The translations under genes were made by a program, and so were the position numbers. The notes under the pieces were generated by a model that saw only the letters and a list, made by a program, of their open reading frames with translations, searched no databases and was not told the origin of the DNA. This document shows positions 12,133 through 23,833 of a DNA stretch of 64,000 nucleotides, one piece after another (positions within the stretch are counted from its first letter, which is position 1; each line of letters starts with the position of its first letter). This DNA comes from Bugula neritina (Eukaryota; Animalia; Bryozoa), in the NCBI GenBank assembly GCA_964035545.1, contig OZ037772.1:1426001-1490000 (forward strand), written 5' to 3'.

Positions 12133-13221
12133 ATGGAAATAGATCTCACCTCAGTCAACGCTGATTTAATCGATCTGATTGAATCACAGTTACTGGAGAC
12201 AGAGTCACACGTGAATGACGACGAGAACAAAGTGATGGCGGATGATCTACTAGATCTGGAGCTTGATAATATGTCTCTCAGTCAGTTTACACGTTCTGAC
12301 ACAGTCTCTCGAGTGCCGTATAAAAAGATGCATGACTCTCAGACTAGTAACAGTCGATTGTCATCAGAATTATGCTGTAAAGATCAAACTCGATCTAACA
12401 ATAATTCTGCTCTTTTAGACGCCACTCGCTCTCCTGACTACGGAGATATGCCACCATTAGAACTGGCCTGGAACAGTGAGACACCTCCTACCTCCCTACC
12501 AGACGTGTTACTTCAGCAACATAGCTGGGTCGCACCAGAGACGGAAAAGCTGATTCAACTACACCGCGGCCATGACGGATGCACCACCTGCAGGCTGTGT
12601 CAGCAGCACTTCTTCACCCATCGCCGTTTGCGTGTCCACGTACCGCAGCACTTCCTAACTACTCTCTGTCCATGTGGTGAATATAGTTACCACAGGGACT
12701 ACATTCTCAGGCACCAGCGTACTATGGACTGCCATGTAGGACACTTGTACGATGTGGACAAATACAACTTCCCCACCTTTCTCAATCTAATCAAACCTTT
12801 CATTAAGGATCTCCCCCGCTTTGAACGGCTCAAACACGGATTCCCCTCACCTCGCATCATCACTCACGGACCGTGTCCAAGACCTCCCAGACATAGGAAA
12901 CCTACCAAGCCGTCTCACTCTCTTCCCGCACAGACCATACCTCGTCCATCCACCCTACCTCGAGTTCTACTTCACCGAGTTGAGATACCCCAAAAACGAC
13001 GTTCCCCCTCCCCCACTCCGATGCAGCCTTCTTCTAAACGACGATGGAGACCCTCCTCCCCGAAACGGCAGGCCCCTACAGCTCGCAACATAAAAGAAGT
13101 CGAGCTCCGTATGTATGAATTAGAAGCCGAGATTCAACGGTTGACTCCCAGAGTTGCTGCGGCCACTTCCGAAATGAAGACCCTTAAAGCTTCCGTGGCC
13201 CTCCTCAAACGGGGCGATTGA
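12133..13221 (+). CDS. Gypsy ORF3: acidic N-terminus, C2H2 and C2HC zinc fingers, Pro/basic region, C-terminal coiled coil (362 aa from the first ATG)
   Basis: CRLCQQHFFTHRRLRVHVPQH = C-x2-C-x12-H-x3-H; CPCGEYSYHRDYILRHQRTMDC = C-x-C-x12-H-x5-C; KRR clusters; heptad pattern in IKEVELRMYELEAEIQRL..MKTLKASVALLK. Confidence 0.8.
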   Translation: MEIDLTSVNADLIDLIESQLLETESHVNDDENKVMADDLLDLELDNMSLSQFTRSDTVSRVPYKKMHDSQTSNSRLSSELCCKDQTRSNNNSALLDATRSPDYGDMPPLELAWNSETPPTSLPDVLLQQHSWVAPETEKLIQLHRGHDGCTTCRLCQQHFFTHRRLRVHVPQHFLTTLCPCGEYSYHRDYILRHQRTMDCHVGHLYDVDKYNFPTFLNLIKPFIKDLPRFERLKHGFPSPRIITHGPCPRPPRHRKPTKPSHSLPAQTIPRPSTLPRVLLHRVEIPQKRRSPSPTPMQPSSKRRWRPSSPKRQAPTARNIKEVELRMYELEAEIQRLTPRVAAATSEMKTLKASVALLKRGD

Positions 13222-13342
13222 GACTGATGGCAGTTGTATCCTTCCCCTCTACTTCTCTGACTATCCACTAATCTGAACAATCACAGGCTTCTTCTTAAGC
13301 TGAGTGAGTTGTTGGTATGACTATTCCCTTTGCTGATTGTAG

Positions 13343-13925
13343 ATGTATAAACTCAGTGACAGTACAAGATGCATGCGAAAGGAAGAATAAGTCAGTCATT
13401 TTATATACAGCTGGTGATAAAGAATTCACAGCAACAGATAGCAGGTCCCAATATTCAGTGCTGCATGATGATTGCAAGGTATCTAAATCTGACCTATATA
13501 CTGTAAATCTGACCTATATACTGTAAATCTGACCTATATAGTGTAAATCTTACCTATATAGTGTAAACCTAACCTATAAAGTGTAAATCTAAGCTATATA
13601 GCATAAATTCGACCTGCAGTTGAACATGATGGCGATAGTTGCATCTTTTTTTGTATTGATATACAATATAGCTTGCCTTTGAGGCTTTTTAACAACTACT
13701 AATGAGTTCAACCTAAAAGCCACTTTGATTTCTGTGCAAGTTTAGAATTTTGAGTTTGCCCTCTGCCATTTTGTAGTATTCCAAATACTATTAGAAGCTC
13801 TGACAGTGATTGAGATTGACACCAAGACCCCCACCCACTTGCCTATTATTGACATTGCTGCTGGTGACATCTGGACCACCCACAAAGAGTTTGGGGTTCA
13901 GCTTGGAGAAGTCTGCTTTTCATAG
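13343..13925 (+). pseudogene. Orphan last two exons of a fibrillar collagen C-propeptide (COLFI), in block 13270-14295 that duplicates 40254-41262
   Basis: Exons read CINSV..KSVILYTAGDKEFTATDSRSQYSVLHDDCK and TVIEIDTKTPTHLPIIDIAAGDI..EFGVQLGEVCFS*, matching the COLFI C-terminus (LPIID...EFG...G.VCF). Confidence 0.85.
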
Positions 13926-14384
13926 ACTCATATCTAACAACAGTTTTATTTGTCTGATTTGTAAGACTGTCCCTGATTAGATAATTAGTGGCCAGTCAGA
14001 GGATGCAATCAATGTTGGTTGGCTGAGACCAGCAGTCTGATTCTTATACAACCTAATTTTTAACTGAAATATTTGATTACTCTAAATAAATTTATCACTT
14101 CTGAGGCACTGATGGTGATTTTTGCACATATAAATTTGAAGGAGTTTAGCTATAGAGTTTATGCTGTTTTTTAATTATTCCACCATAACCTGAGATTGGG
14201 AGTAGTAATTATAGAATGAGATAGGGAGGGTGTAAAGCCCCTCCCTATGACTTTATATATTTAGAAACTGTGGTTTGTTTAGCAATTCTGTTAGTGCGTT
14301 TAACAGACACTAGTTAGACATTCCAGCGTAGCATTACACAAATAATGTAAGTCGATAAAATGAATGAATAAATTTATTATTATA

Positions 14385-14388
<4 letters not shown>

Positions 14389-14448
<60 letters not shown>
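14389..14448. repeat. (TA)n microsatellite at the left end of the Penelope-like element
   Basis: Pure TA run. Confidence 0.97.
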
Positions 14449-14451
<3 letters not shown>

Positions 14452-14503
14452 GTAGTGTGTTCAGATTGTTAATGATACATATATATTTTTTTATTTAAAA
14501 AAT

Positions 14504-14554
14504 CTCACACGACTATATAGTTTCGTACAGTAAACTGCACTCGTCAGGTGTTAG
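14504..14554 (-). ncRNA. Minimal type I hammerhead ribozyme
   Basis: The reverse complement reads CTAACAC-CTGACGA-GTGCAG(TTTA)CTGTAC-GAAA-CTATATAG-TC-GTGTGAG. Confidence 0.9.
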
Positions 14555-14787
14555 ACTAAAAATAAATAAAATCTATGAAGCATACCGATTATTCAAATTT
14601 TTACATAAAGAAAACTATCATGCTAAACACAACGTAAAACGAAATGCAAACATAGTAGTGGATTTGGTGTTATCTATTAATTAATTAAATTGCTCTTTTT
14701 CTAAAGGATTAGACTATAAAAGCTAGATGTTTGATGGAAAGGGTAATTTATAATAGGTAGTACTATGGTTGAGAATTGTTAGTATTG

Positions 14788-16001
14788 TTATGTGATGTTG
14801 CCCAGGTAGTGCTTACGTGCATGTCTGCATGTGGATAGAATCTCATTTCTGTTATTAAGGGAAGATTTGCTGGGCTGGTATATTATAAAATATTTTTCCC
14901 ATAGGCAGAGGTTGCACCTTTTAGTGACTTTGTTGTATGAGTTGGTCTTTTTCATAATTTTCCATGTTATGTCAAAATGGGTGTTCTTGTCTTTTAGTTT
15001 CCAGATATATTTGCTGAATTCAGTATGGTTCTTTTTTGTTTTGTTGTTAAAAGTTGATTTGTGGTTATAGAATCTGGTTTTGAATTCTGTTTCTGATGTT
15101 CCCACGTAAGACTGGGGTTGGCTGCCATCTTTGGTTGTAACTGTAGCTTGGTATATGATGCACTTTGTGAGGCATTTTCCATCTAGTGGGCACACTGTGC
15201 TGTTTCTGCAGTTACATTCTCGAGGAGGTTGGTTTGCTGGGTTAAGTAATCTTTTATTGTGGCTGTTGATTATGTTGTTTAAATTTCTGCAGCAGCTGTA
15301 ACTGAGTTTTATGTTGTTTTTGTTGAAAATTTTGTAGAGTTTGTGATCTTTGGGTATTTCTTCCTCCAGGATTTTAAAAAATTGTTTTCCCAGGTTGCTT
15401 GTTACACTTTTGGAGAATGGGGGGTTATACCATGTGATGTTTCGTCGTCTTTCTCTTTTTGGTCTGCTAGTGGTGTGTGTTGGCTGGAATGTTAGGTTAT
15501 GTGTGTATCCACTTTTACTTAGAACTTCTTGGTGTATTTTTGTTGTTTGACTGAAGACTTCTTCGTTAGATGAGAGATTGGAGAGCCTGTTGTTTATGGC
15601 ATGTGGAATGTTTCTTGTGATATGGGGTGGATGGTTGGATTTAGAGTTTACATATAGGATTTCGCTGTTAGGTTTTACATGGGGTTTGTGTGTTCTTTTG
15701 CTGATGTCAAAATTTATATCTAGATAGTTGACGACTTTTTTGTTTACTTCAATGGTGATATTTAGATTATGTTTTTGGAAAATTTTGCAGATTGATTTTT
15801 TAATTCTATCTATATTTTTTGCAGTGTCGTTGATTACTCCTAGGCCGTCATCACGGTATAGACCGAAGGTATTTCCAAACTTCTGGTTGATTTTATATAG
15901 TAAAAATATGCCGACCAGAGTGCAACATTCTGCACCGTCATAGCTGACCATTGTAATGTCAAATAATGAGCCACATTTTTTACTCCAGGGTTGGCCGGAA
16001 T
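14788..16001 (-). CDS. Penelope-like RT C-half plus GIY-YIG endonuclease (truncated and interrupted)
   Basis: Open frame containing YRDDGL, ITWYNPPFS, CNCRNSTVCPLDGKC and CNLCLWEK..CRH. Confidence 0.93.
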
Positions 16002-19000
16002 CACAGCATAGTTAAGGTCATCCCCAGCAAAAAATTATCTCATAATCTAGTCTCAGTTCCTATATGCCAATGCTCTGTGGGCGGCATGCGTATTGCCTAC
16101 TTGTTATAATTTAGCATGAGGTTGAACAATTGCTAACAAACCAACACATTAGCTAGGGCTGCGCCTATATTTCCATTGCAACCATTATCACTATCTATTG
16201 AGCAAGCACGTGATCGTGGCACGCCTCAGCATCACATTATTATTACAACAGGCTAGTGTATGGTTCATTTCATGTACAATATACTTGATGCACAAAAACA
16301 GATGATTTTCATAACTTCTGTTCAGCGAACAATGTAAAACTGTTTCAGATTCTGGAAGCAAGCTAAATGTTTATACTTTTACTCAATATTTATCTATTTT
16401 GCTAGTCTAATGAAATAATGATTGACTATAACTTTTGAAGTGATAATGCAGATATTATTTAAATAACTTAGAATGCAGATGCAACAAATAGTTTAGAGAG
16501 ATGCTCTTTTCTCAAAACATAAAGTTTTCAGGCTAGACTATTTATATATATCTGCTCAATACTATTGACTGACTTTAAACCAATAATACCTTTATTATTA
16601 AAATCATTTTTAGTTGCATTAACTAAAAACTAAAATTGACTTCTTAGTGCTGACTCTTACTATCAGTTACAGACGGCCCAATAGCTTAGCATAGTAAAGA
16701 GACTTGTGTAGGTAAGATAGTTATGTGTGTGCGAATTTATTGGTAGCTGTAAGGGGCAGATATGCAGTATTTTGTGTGACTGCTTTGAGTTTGGGTAAAG
16801 GATTTGATTGCTGCAAGTTTCTAATAAAGCTATAGTACTTGTGTTGTCCCTTTGGTACTAGTACAAGCATTAATCAACACTCATTGAAGTGAGTTGGAAC
16901 TTATATATAAAAGGTTAGAACGTGAGCCTGTGCTATAAATATTCTATTTGCTTCCTGTTGTATACAGTCTAAACTCTGAAGAGTCCAATCAAGCCTACAT
17001 GGCTTCTAGCTGAATGTCCAAATTGACTATGAGCTATATCTTGTTGCTTACCACTGGGCTACTGGGCACTGCTGGCAACTGCTAACGCAGTGTTCACTCA
17101 AGCATGATATTATGGACTTGTATACCAACTCAGAGCTAAGATTATCAACTGTCTTATGTTTCTAAATTTAGCATCTAATAGAAAGAGCTGTGTCTAGTTA
17201 GACTCAGGGATGTAGTGGTACCCATACGGTCCCATACGCCGTATGGCCTAGAAGAAATTAGACTGTTCTAGGCCATACGCCCGTATGGGCATAATATTTT
17301 TGAAAGATGATTAGTGCACAGGATAGTTAGGGCATCCTCACTGAGAATATCATAAATTTCGCTCACAATCTAGTTTAAGTTCTTGTTATAATGTTAATGC
17401 TATGTGGGTGGTATGCGTGTTGCCTATTTGTGATTGTTTAGCCTGAGATTACACTATGAATAGTAAGCAGTCATCAACATTCCATCTTCTTATCTCTAGG
17501 TGTTCACTGAAGCGCGAAGTGCTGTGCATTGGTGATAGCTAAGGGAAAAATATTTCATTTCAGTGTGTAAATCACTAATTTGTAGAAAATCTATGAAGGC
17601 TATTGAAAGGATAAAAAAATTTGCTATGCATAAATTTCTCAGGTTTCCGACAGTGTTTGTTCTATTCCAATACCATACTTTCCTGCTGAGATATTTGGCA
17701 GATTTTGAAAAATAAACTTTTCAGATAAAATTGGCCAAAATGGGTAGTTTTTTGTCCATAACTTTGCAAAAAAAGTATTGAAAACTCGAAAAAGCAGGTG
17801 CTCTGAGGAACAGGAAGATCTACAACATGGTTTTTAAATTTTTATTCTAGCACAATTAGGCAGTGACAGCTAGAAGGTTCACCTTATCTATTTTATGTGG
17901 ACTTGTATTTTGTCAATAAGCAATGGAATTTAAAAAAACCAACATGAAATCCAGAAATAAAATCAAAATGTCTTCAAGAAACAGTACCGGTTGTGTAGGA
18001 GAGGTTAACGGTCTACAGGTACTATGTCCACATTTTGCTCAAAAACCTAGCGTAATTACATTTTAATTATCAATGCAATGAGGTTTTGCAAACTGTACAC
18101 CACCATAAGTAACCGTTTATGTTTGATTGTACTAACATCTGGCTTTATATTTAATCATCTTCTAGGTTAACACATATTAAACCTGTCAAATTTTTTCATT
18201 TAGGGTATGTTTCCTTGACGTGTCTAGTGAAAGTTCAGGGGTTTTATTTTAAAACCAAGCTAACATACTCTTCTTGGGTGTGCTTTATTGTGTGTTAGAA
18301 GGTGTGGTGGTATCTCCTTATGGTTTAGACTAATACTCTAATAAACTCCAATTAGGTTTTTAACCGATTTCTGCTTGCCAATAAGTTATCAATTCAAATT
18401 GCTCTTTATAAATAACAAACACACATTTTCTGATTTGCAATCTGCCTCTCTTCTGATCTATTATTCTTTTTCTGGGCACGTCAGTCTATTAGTTATTGAA
18501 AAAAATCAGGTTGCATTTGGAGAGCACTTGTTACCTGCCCCTATCCTTCCATTTTTTTGAGATCTTCAGCAATTTTTCTGTATAATTTGGACTTGGTGCA
18601 TGTCAGAACAAACCTAACTGCAGTTGAGTAAGACTACATTTAAAATTACAGTCAACAAGTATGGGACAATACTGAATATTTATATAGTTTGCAGCAATGT
18701 TATAGCTGGTATGGTATGAAAATAATAGTGAGGTGCACATTTCAACACAGATTTTTTCAGAAGAATTAAAATTCACAATGGCTTTAAATTGCATAAATTT
18801 GCATCAGAAGAGCCCTGAAGGCTTCGGCGGCCGAGGCGCTGCCCCGGACCCCGCCGGGGGGGGGGGGGGGGGGGGGGGCCTGGGCGGCCCCCTGGACGAC
18901 CCCCTGGACCCCCGGCCTGAGAGTATGGCCTAGAATATTTTTGCCACTACATCCCTGGTTAGACTGACTGACACCATGCTTGCCTGAGTTAAACAGTCAA

Positions 19001-22000
19001 GATGAAAAGTTTTAATCTTAGCTAGGCAAGTATTGAGATTTTGAAAAGAAAGCCTCCTTAAGATAATATAAAAGATATCCATTGAGGATTCAGATTTTTT
19101 CCAGTCTGATAGGTGTCATTTAATCAGCTCAAATATTAGCGATGCATTAGCCTATCTGCCATATTTTGATACTGCAGATATAACATTCCATAAAAAGAAT
19201 TGACTTAAGAATTTAGGCATGTGTAACAAATCAACCAGATTTATTTAAACACTAAATAGCCATTACTAAAGATCACAACAAAAATCAGTGTGGATCTTAT
19301 AGCATAACATAATTATTTTATATCTGTATGATCAGGCATAGAAGTAACAAGTTCAATAAATAAATTGAACATGCAGAAGGTATAACAGCTGTGAACTATT
19401 GTGAAGGAGCACGTCAGGTCTTTTTATAGAAATACATCCTATACGTATATTACAAACATGGGGGAAATAATTGGTTAGTTTCCTAATTGTTTTTCTCTAC
19501 TGTTAAATAATGACTAATGGCTAGACTGACTTTGTAAAGAAGCAGAATCTATAGAAAATCAAGTTGCAAAAGCCTAACCAAAAGACACATTGCTAGGGTG
19601 ATTAGTCCTATCGATTATTTTAAGTTTAATTTTAGTTTTTATATCCTTTGATAAAAGTCCTATTTCCACAGGTAGAGTCTTGAGATATAGGTGTCAATTG
19701 TAGAGTATTATCTTTTTTGAATATAAAAAAAGGAGTATAGAGCGGAGTAGAGAATCTAAAGATCTATAAGAGCTGCAGCTGAAATTATAGAAAGGATGTC
19801 CTGAGAAGACATACTAGCATTTCTTTGACAAAACCTGATCATCTAGTAGTCCACTTCATCTAAAATACAAATACCAGTTTTCTCAATACATGCAAAAGTA
19901 ATTTCCAACATTTTCAATTTGAATTAACATGCTCATACACCACAGTTAGTACTATAATAGTCTATATTTTGTAACATCTACTTATACCGTAATTACATAA
20001 AAGCTGCTGGTAACTGTTTAAAAGACACAGCTCATAATTAAAATTATTAGGTTGAATGCTCCCTTAAGATTGCATTTTTCAAATAATTCCCCATTATATA
20101 TGGCCTACATGATGACTATACAATTCTTTTGAAACATATGCATTGCTTATATTTTAAGTTGGTCACTCAATGTAAATGTAATTTGGTATGCTGCAAGTAT
20201 AAGTACAATTAGAATTACTTAACAGAAACTCTTCAGTGCAAAAATATATTTTCTATGTGACTATACTCAACCACAGAACTCTAAATAATTTGAAAAAAGT
20301 TATGGCCAGTAATAAATTTGGATAATTTTCTTAAAGTTTATTACATAATTATAATAATAAACCCAACTGACAATTTTGATCTAGTTTTACATCACTATGA
20401 CTATTAGTATTACTATGCATTTATTGAACATAAAACTCAAACTTGAAGTTTAGTGATACTGCACAATGCTAATAATAATACAGTTATAATAGTAATAGTA
20501 ATACACAGTATAGGCCTACTGTAATATACTAATAGTACAACTATACAAATACTATAAAATTAAGTATAATTGTTAAATTATTGCTTGCAAGCAATAAAAA
20601 TAAAAATATGTGAATTTGCTGAAGGAGGCAGTAGTACTAGTACTCACTTACCCTTGAAGTTAAACTCCTAAAGTTAATCAAAGTACACACCTTCATCCTA
20701 GGTTCGAGAGGTAAGAGATGTTCTTCACTCAATTTTATCATGATAATCCCATCGCCAGTTGGCACGTTCACTTTGCAGATTGTAATTTAATATCGAATAT
20801 TTTATTTACTGAGCTAGCTTTTACTAGTAACATATCAATCTGGGCGAGATCAGTAACGCTTATAGCTACGTATTATATTACACAGAGCGGTTTATTTGAA
20901 GGCAGCGCACTGCAGCTGTGGAATGACTAGGGTAGCCTATCCAGGAGTGGATGTAAATTATAAAGGTTCTACGTGCTTTTTGAAAGCATTATAGTGATAG
21001 CATGCAATTTAGTCATTGATATAAAATTAAAGATATTGTTTTAAAAATAATGACTTACTTAAAAAAACAGTTATTTATTTATTTTATTATTGTTTTTAAA
21101 AAAAAAAAATAATTTGTAAAGTTTTGAACACCCCTAATAATACCACAACTATACTCCACTCCTTTAGTTGTAACCTAATTAGATTAGAAGTCACATCTTC
21201 AATACAAACAAGCTATAGGCTTAGTATTTCTGATGTCTGTATACTGCTGCATTAGCTTTAAAGTTTAAACTGTAGTGAAGCTCTTACTGAATTAGTAGAC
21301 TGAAAGTGCAAAACCTAGTAAGCTACCAACACTATAAATTGTTATAAGCGAGTAAAGGAAATGAACAGTATATGTGTACAGAAACTTGTACTCAAATACA
21401 CGAACACCATAGTTATGGTTATTTGAGATGCAGTTGTATTAAAAAAAATTGTGAATTGAATACTCATTATAGACATTACATCATGCTGAATCCGGTTACA
21501 TATTTGACTATTTAAAGCTGTTTTTATAAAATAACTTAACTAAGTTACTTATCAATGACAAGTAATATAGCATTTAAATTCAAACCATGAGCTCATTTCA
21601 GCTAAAAATAGCAGCACCTTGTCACTGCACATGAATGGCTGGCCACTGTTTGAGCCATTAGCAAAATGGCTTACAGCTATTGCAAGCCTGCTACATGAAA
21701 GAATTATGTATCAATCAGAAACTTCTCATTCAATTGCAAGCATACCAGAATTGTATTACCATGATATAAAAAGTTGCCTACATATATAGGTGCAATAGTA
21801 GAAAAGTTTAAACAGCCTAAATTTGTCAAAAGATGCTAATTTGAGAACAGGTTGAAATTCTCTCTAAACTTTTTTTGCTGCATCTCAACATAGGGTCTAA
21901 TTTCTCAATATCCTCATCACTACACATACATACCTCATACTTGGTATACTCATGCACCTGGTAATAAGATTACTTTTAAAATAAAGTTATGCAATTACTA

Positions 22001-23047
22001 CTCAATTGATTAAAAATTCCCTCCAACAATTTTTGTAGATTCTGAATTTTTTTAATATTTTGCATCAACAATACAATAAGCTTGGTTACAAATAATATAT
22101 TATTATTATAATTTAGATTGCTGTACAGAACCACAAAATAATGTGCTTTGAAATCACACACAAAAGCTATAAAACTCAGTGGCTATTACCTCTCATTAGC
22201 ATTATAAGGTGCTTGGGCTCTCATGCATGCAAGCTGTTTTGGACTAAAAATATATAGGATATAAACTATAGAGTATATGTTTGAACGCCACTAGCTTGGA
22301 AGCTCTGCTTCCTAGTTAGACTTCAGAAATTGCTTCATTTTAGTACAACTAATTAATCTAGATTCTAAGTAGATTACACATTGTATAGGGTATCAGCTGT
22401 AGGCAGTACAACAACATTGCCATCACCAAGATTCCACCTACTATAGCTACTACAATATAATAACCAGTCTCATACCGCCTAATTATTTTACTGCAGAGGT
22501 GAACTTTAACCCTTTGGTTTAGCGCGCACAACATGACTCATGGGCCGCGTGAGCTCCCTGTAATCATTATGATGGCTACGATGCAGCGCAGCTCTACCGT
22601 GTTCAGCCAAGCATGCAGATTAAGTGAGAAGCAAAATTTCTAATAAAACCAGTGTATAAATTACATGTTTACACTTATTCTATTGAAGCTATGCAGAAAA
22701 TTTAAAAAGGTTCCAATAGATTAATATCTTATCATTCCATAGGTCAATTTTCACAAAGATATATCAATTAGGGATTGAATTATTTTTTGGGCACTGAGAC
22801 CATGTTTTTTTGAGCAAAAATGGGCAAAATTTGGTAGTTTTTGGGGCATAAAAGTGCAACAGATGACATAAATGAAAGTTTTAAAGAAGGTTCCAATAGA
22901 GCAGCAAGAGATATACAACATAGTTTTTGAATTTTGTTTCTAGACTCAAAATTGATTGAGTTATGAGTTGGGCACTGTTTCATATATAATTATAATGGAG
23001 CAATGAAATTACTGATTCAGTAGAAGGATGACCTTAATCAAGCTGTG
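16002..23047. mobile_element. 7046-bp DNA transposon with CACAG termini (CMC/EnSpm-like), no intact transposase
   Basis: 22-bp TIRs CACAGCATAGTTAAGGTCATCC and (rc) CACAGCTTGATTAAGGTCATCC with 3 mismatches. 2-bp AT duplication at 16000-16001 and 23048-23049. Removal restores the host ORF. Confidence 0.88.
17205..18957. mobile_element. Non-autonomous hAT element (1753 bp)
   Basis: Perfect 14-bp TIR CAGGGATGTAGTGG; perfect 8-bp TSD GTTAGACT at 17197-17204 and 18958-18965; subterminal GTATGGCCTAGAA near both ends. Confidence 0.93.
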
Positions 23048-23151
23048 ATGGTATAACAACATTTTTCTGGCATGGAAAATCACGGTGCGGTCTGTGTCTG
23101 TTATGGTGGTATGCTCTGCTGCGAAATCAATTGCAGTGTGGAGTAATTTAT

Positions 23152-23549
23152 TAGATGGAAAATGCCTCACAAAGTGCATCATATACCAAGCTACAGTTAC
23201 AACCAAAGATGGCAGCCAACCCCAGTCTTACGTGGGAACATCAGAAACAGAATTCAAAACCAGATTCTATAACCACAAATCAACTTTTAACAACAAAACA
23301 AAAAAGAACCATACTGAATTCAGCAAATATATCTGGAAACTAAAAGACAAGAACACCCATTTTGACATAACATGGAAAATTATGAAAAAGACCAACTCAT
23401 ACAACAAAGTCACTAAAAGGTGCAACCTCTGCCTATGGGAAAAATATTTTATATTATACCAGCCCAGCAAATCTTCCCTTAATAACAGAAATGAGATTCT
23501 ATCCACATGCAGACATGCACGTAAGCACTACCTGGGCAACATCACATAA
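23152..23549 (+). CDS. Inverted duplicate of the Penelope-like GIY-YIG region (partial)
   Basis: Near-identical reverse complement of 14788-15186. Confidence 0.85.
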
Positions 23550-23782
23550 CAATACTAACAATTCTCAACCATAGTACTACCTATTATAAATTACCCTTTC
23601 CATCAAACAGCTAGCTTTTATAGTCTAATCCTTTAGAAAAAGAGCAATTTAATTAATTAATAGATAACACCAAATCCACTACTATGTTTGCATTTCGTTT
23701 TACGTTGTGTTTAGCATGATAGTTTTCTTTATGTAAAAATTTGAATAATCGGTATGCTTCATAGATTTTATTTATTTTTAGT

Positions 23783-23833
23783 CTAACACCTGACGAGTGC
23801 AGTTTACTGTACGAAACTATATAGTCGTGTGAG
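23783..23833 (+). ncRNA. Minimal type I hammerhead ribozyme; predicted cleavage after GUC at 23826
   Basis: Core CTGACGA (23790-23796), stem II GTGCAG/CTGTAC, GAAA, palindromic stem III ACTATATAGT, stem I CTAACAC/GTGTGAG. Confidence 0.9.

Larger units (their letters stand above)
6423..13269 (+). mobile_element. Ty3/Gypsy LTR retrotransposon with an extra ORF3; 3' LTR absent
   Basis: 5' LTR, PBS, gag, PR-RT-RH-IN domain order and ORF3. GC-rich relative to the flanks. Ends abruptly where a duplicated collagen block starts at about 13270. Confidence 0.95.

Noticed and set aside
7833-12230. Overlapping and antisense ORFs within Gypsy pol
   Set aside because: Expected by-products of GC-rich coding sequence; no recognisable motifs.
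12109-13221. ORF3 as env
   Set aside because: No signal peptide, fusion-peptide context or transmembrane anchor; zinc fingers and basic clusters instead.
18854-18878. Poly-G run as a regulatory G-quadruplex
   Set aside because: Lies in the subterminal region of the hAT element; homopolymer length is unreliable and there is no evidence of function.
23085-23549. 154-aa ORF as a standalone GIY-YIG nuclease gene
   Set aside because: It is a chimera across the inversion junction: the first 22 codons are antisense RT sequence.
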